Source of the DNA: Chloroflexota bacterium
GTDB taxonomy: Bacteria > Chloroflexota > Dehalococcoidia > Lucifugimonadales > Australimonadaceae
Direction of reading: 5' to 3'
Assembly: GCA_028874795.1 (NCBI GenBank)
Contig: JAPPHT010000060.1
Coordinates: forward strand, 15,498 to 79,497
DNA: 64,000 nucleotides
Both the position numbers and the translations under genes were made by a program. The notes under the pieces are model-generated. The model saw only the letters and a program-made list of their open reading frames with translations. It was not told where the DNA came from and did not search any database. Every line of letters begins with the position of its first letter. Within the stretch, counting starts at the first letter, position 1. Positions 61,264 through 64,000 of this stretch are shown piece after piece.

Positions 61264-62463
61264 TTATCCTGTGGTTAGTCCTGCCACTCTCAGAGACTGC
61301 ACGGCGTTCTTTACGACACGCGCTGCTTCCTCCACATCGCGGTCAGTTGTGAAGCGCCCGAAACTGAATCGGATAGAAGACTCCGCTTGGGCTGATGTCC
61401 GTCCTATGGCTCGGAGCACGTGCGAGGGCTCAGGGATACCAGACGTGCAGGCTGCTCCGGTGGACGCCGCAATGCTTGGCTGGAGAGATCCAAGGACATC
61501 CTGTGCCGCTGCACCTTCAAAACGCAGGTTCGCATTGCCAGGGTGGCGCCAGCTTCCAATGGGCCCGTTGATGGCCATCGAGGGAACGGTGGCTCGCAAG
61601 CCTTCCACGAAAGCGTCACGTTGCCTGGCCACCCTCAGACGTTCAGGGGCGGTATCGGAAGCACAGATCAAGTCCGCCGCTGCTCCCATTCCAACGCATA
61701 GCGGCACTGGCATCGTGCCGGACCGCAATCCGGCTTGCTGCCCACCCCCATAGATGATCGGTTCAATCTGTCCTTGTACATCCCGCCGGATGTATAAGGC
61801 GCCGATCCCTTGTGGGCCGTACATCTTGTGCGCCGACAAGCTGATTAGGTCAGCATGTTCAGCAAGGTGGCGGAGGTCCATGGCGCAGGGGGCCTGGGCG
61901 GCGTCGCAGTGGAAGAGAACACCATGCTCTGCCAACAGAGCGGCGATGCGCGGTAGGTCTTGAATCGTCCCGATCTCGTTGTTGACCGCCATCACTGAGA
62001 CGACGAGAACTGAATCGTCAAGCATGGCCTCTAGGGTTCCCAAGTCAAGGAAGCCCTCCTCATCGACCGGAATGAACTCAACTACGAGGCCCTCTCGCTC
62101 TTCGAGAGACCTAGCTGCCGCCATCACGCACTTGTGTTCGATTGCGCTTACCAAGACCCTAGGACGCTTCGATGATGCCCGGCGGCCCAAGCCCAACAGA
62201 GCGAGGTTGTTCGCCTCAGTGGCGCCTGAAGTGAAGACGACCTCATCGGCGTCGGCTCCGATCAGCGCTGCAACGGACGACGTTGCGCGTTGGACAGCTT
62301 CCAACGAACGCCAACCGACTACATGATCGTTCGAATGGGGGTTGCCGAACAGCTCACGCCAGTAGGGGGCCATCGCCTCAAGGACACGCTGATCTACGGG
62401 CGTCGTCGCCTGATAGTCCGCATAGATTGTTTGCACGCCAGGGGACGGCTGCGTGTCGCTCAT
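61264..62463 (-). CDS. Cysteine desulfurase (IscS/NifS class), DndA/SspA-like by context
   Basis: Start at MSDTQPSPG. TSGATEANNLAL, SLSAHKMYGPQGIGALYIR (PLP Lys) and TGAACTSGIPEPSHVLRAIG (catalytic Cys loop) are present. It is divergent from a DUF4007-like gene inside the low-GC island. Confidence 0.8.
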   Translation of the reverse strand: MSDTQPSPGVQTIYADYQATTPVDQRVLEAMAPYWRELFGNPHSNDHVVGWRSLEAVQRATSSVAALIGADADEVVFTSGATEANNLALLGLGRRASSKRPRVLVSAIEHKCVMAAARSLEEREGLVVEFIPVDEEGFLDLGTLEAMLDDSVLVVSVMAVNNEIGTIQDLPRIAALLAEHGVLFHCDAAQAPCAMDLRHLAEHADLISLSAHKMYGPQGIGALYIRRDVQGQIEPIIYGGGQQAGLRSGTMPVPLCVGMGAAADLICASDTAPERLRVARQRDAFVEGLRATVPSMAINGPIGSWRHPGNANLRFEGAAAQDVLGSLQPSIAASTGAACTSGIPEPSHVLRAIGRTSAQAESSIRFSFGRFTTDRDVEEAARVVKNAVQSLRVAGLTTG

Positions 62464-62775
62464 CGATTTCACCGAGGGACTTATTCCTCTCTCCGATACT
62501 TCCAGCCCATTTGTATCCCGATTGTATAATGCTCTCCTGCTGGTTCGACACATGCGGTGGAAGACATGGCATCGAACGCAGACGCACCAACCTGTCGCGC
62601 AAGCGCCGGAGTTCCGGCTGGGATGAGTCGAGGCCCAACTGTCTGAGGGGGAGCACCCGAAGACATGGGTGGCGCTGGCCCTCCCAAAGCCTCGCGCTCA
62701 AGGCCACCGGCTTCTATACAGCGTACAAGCACCTGTGCTACCGTCCACCCAACGTTCTTTCTAGGAGGAGGGTGC

Positions 62776-63741
62776 ATGCCCCGAGGCCCCCTCTACGAAG
62801 ACGGGTACAGCCCACATCTGTCCGGGCACGAGACGTTTCCCCTCAGGTATGGGTGGTTGAAGAAGGCTTTCGATGCTGTCGAAAGCACAGAAGGTCGTAG
62901 CGAGAGCAACCGGCACGTCTTCTTGGGTCCTCATGCCATCGCCGAGTTCGGCGTGGGCAGGAACATGGTCGCCTCCATCCGCCACTGGGCGACGGCCGCA
63001 GGCGTCATCAAGGAAGGGTCTGAATCCACGCAGATCGAGACTACTCCACTCGGACGGCGTCTGTTCGGTAAGGACGGCCTCGATCCCTACATGGAGGAGC
63101 CAACTACATCCTGGCTTGTTCACTGGAATATTGCGGGCAACTCGAAGAAGACCACTTGGTTCTGGGCCTTCAATCACTATCCAGCCATGGTCTTTGAACG
63201 CGAAGGACTGGTTCAGGCCATCAACGGACTCGCGAAGGAACGGGAGTGGCCCCGGGCCGCCTATGCCACGATCAAGAACGATGTCGCTTGCTTCCTACGA
63301 ACGTATGTGGCTCTGCCTCCTTCTGGGAAGTCCAATTTAGAGGAAGGATTGGAATCGCCCCTCACCGAGCTAGGCCTGATCAGACAGACCGGGACACGGG
63401 AGCGCTATAGATTCGTCCGAGGGCCGAAGCCATCTCTTGGCGTCGGCGCGTTCGGCTACGCCATGACCCAGTTCTGGAATGAACGCTTCCCGAACACCAG
63501 CACCCTATCCTTCGAAGCGTTGGCCCACGAGCCCGGCTCTCCAGGGAGAGTGTTCCTATTGGACGAAAACGAACTGATAGACAGACTATCCAGCATAGAG
63601 AGCGCGACCGACGGCGCCTATAGATGGTCTGAGACCGCCGGCCTCAAGCAAGTGATCCGAGACGCCATAGTGGACAAAGAAGCCGCCACCCGGCTCCTTG
63701 CAAGAGACTATTCTTCGGCGCACAGGCGGAGAGCGGCGTAA
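62776..63741 (+). CDS. DUF4007-like protein (SspB-like component of Ssp-type DNA phosphorothioation, by recollection)
   Basis: ATG after ctaggaggagg. The N-terminal LSGHETFPLRYGWLKKAFDAV matches my recollection of the DUF4007 N-terminal signature. The protein is 321 aa. Confidence 0.5.
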   Translation: MPRGPLYEDGYSPHLSGHETFPLRYGWLKKAFDAVESTEGRSESNRHVFLGPHAIAEFGVGRNMVASIRHWATAAGVIKEGSESTQIETTPLGRRLFGKDGLDPYMEEPTTSWLVHWNIAGNSKKTTWFWAFNHYPAMVFEREGLVQAINGLAKEREWPRAAYATIKNDVACFLRTYVALPPSGKSNLEEGLESPLTELGLIRQTGTRERYRFVRGPKPSLGVGAFGYAMTQFWNERFPNTSTLSFEALAHEPGSPGRVFLLDENELIDRLSSIESATDGAYRWSETAGLKQVIRDAIVDKEAATRLLARDYSSAHRRRAA

Positions 63742-64000
63742 TGACATTGGCAGAGCGTGTCACGGTTACAAGCCGGTTCCAACGGGCAATCCGCATCGAC
63801 CTCGACCTAGGCAGTGCAGATGCCCTGGAGGGATTCATCTGCCCGCAGTCCTCGGCGGAGGTCCTGCAGACCATGGCCCGCCATGTCTCGGAGGACTCTC
63901 ACGGGGCATTCACTTGGACGGGCCCGTATGGCAGCGGCAAGTCGAGCCTGGCGATCGCCCTCAGCGCACTTCTGAATGGAAGGTCGTCTCTGAGAGAGGC
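63741..64000 (+). CDS. P-loop ATPase, 5' partial (SspC/DndD-like candidate), runs off the window
   Basis: The ATG overlaps the upstream TAA (TAATG). It translates to MTLAERVTVTSRFQRAIRIDLDLGSADALEGFICPQSSAEVLQTMARHVSEDSHGAFTWTGPYGSGKSSLAIALSALL, containing Walker A GPYGSGKS. The frame stays open to the window end. Confidence 0.6.
   Translation, partial: MTLAERVTVTSRFQRAIRIDLDLGSADALEGFICPQSSAEVLQTMARHVSEDSHGAFTWTGPYGSGKSSLAIALSALLNGRSSLRE

Overview
This is a high-GC (roughly mid-60s % by eye) bacterial chromosomal segment, densely coding on both strands. Gene content suggests a monoderm, Chloroflexota-like organism; that assignment is inference, based on a division cluster reduced to rsmH-ftsA-ftsZ with no murein genes, an F420/LLM oxidoreductase, a haloalkane dehalogenase, a D-aminoacylase and an adaptor-less RND pump. 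The housekeeping backbone comprises: a class V aminotransferase with serA; a GlcG/Ldh_2/quinone-reductase operon; arfB; the block rsmH-ftsA-ftsZ-nrdR-pdxA-proC-yggT-degV-pepA; a lactate permease; a fused homocysteine methyltransferase/MTHFR; and tRNA-Arg(UCG), tRNA-His(GUG) and tRNA-Ala(UGC). Accessory content is concentrated in four places. (1) 0.3-6.5 kb holds HicB, MazEF and HicBA toxin-antitoxin modules plus two Pro/Thr-linker lipoproteins, bracketed by an intact gamma-carbonic-anhydrase-like gene and a 3' fragment of a paralogue. (2) 24.9-31 kb is a patch bounded by hairpin-repeat clusters and contains a clearly low-GC single-gene SF2 helicase fused to a PD-(D/E)xK-like nuclease domain. 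(3) 19.4-20.6 kb is a GrdB/PrdB-family gene interrupted by one in-frame UGA followed by a SECIS-like hairpin, so it is a likely selenoprotein. (4) From 59.6 kb to the window end, a low-GC island starts right after tRNA-Ala. It carries a translationally coupled TIR-like (MTH538/DUF1863-type) plus multi-TM pair, then a divergent cysteine desulfurase / DUF4007-like / P-loop ATPase set resembling an Ssp/Dnd-type DNA phosphorothioation module that is cut by the window edge. Eleven intergenic regions carry ordered arrays of short GC-rich hairpin modules (REP/MITE-like) from at least six sequence families. Many long ORFs in the six-frame track are antisense artefacts of high GC and were not called.
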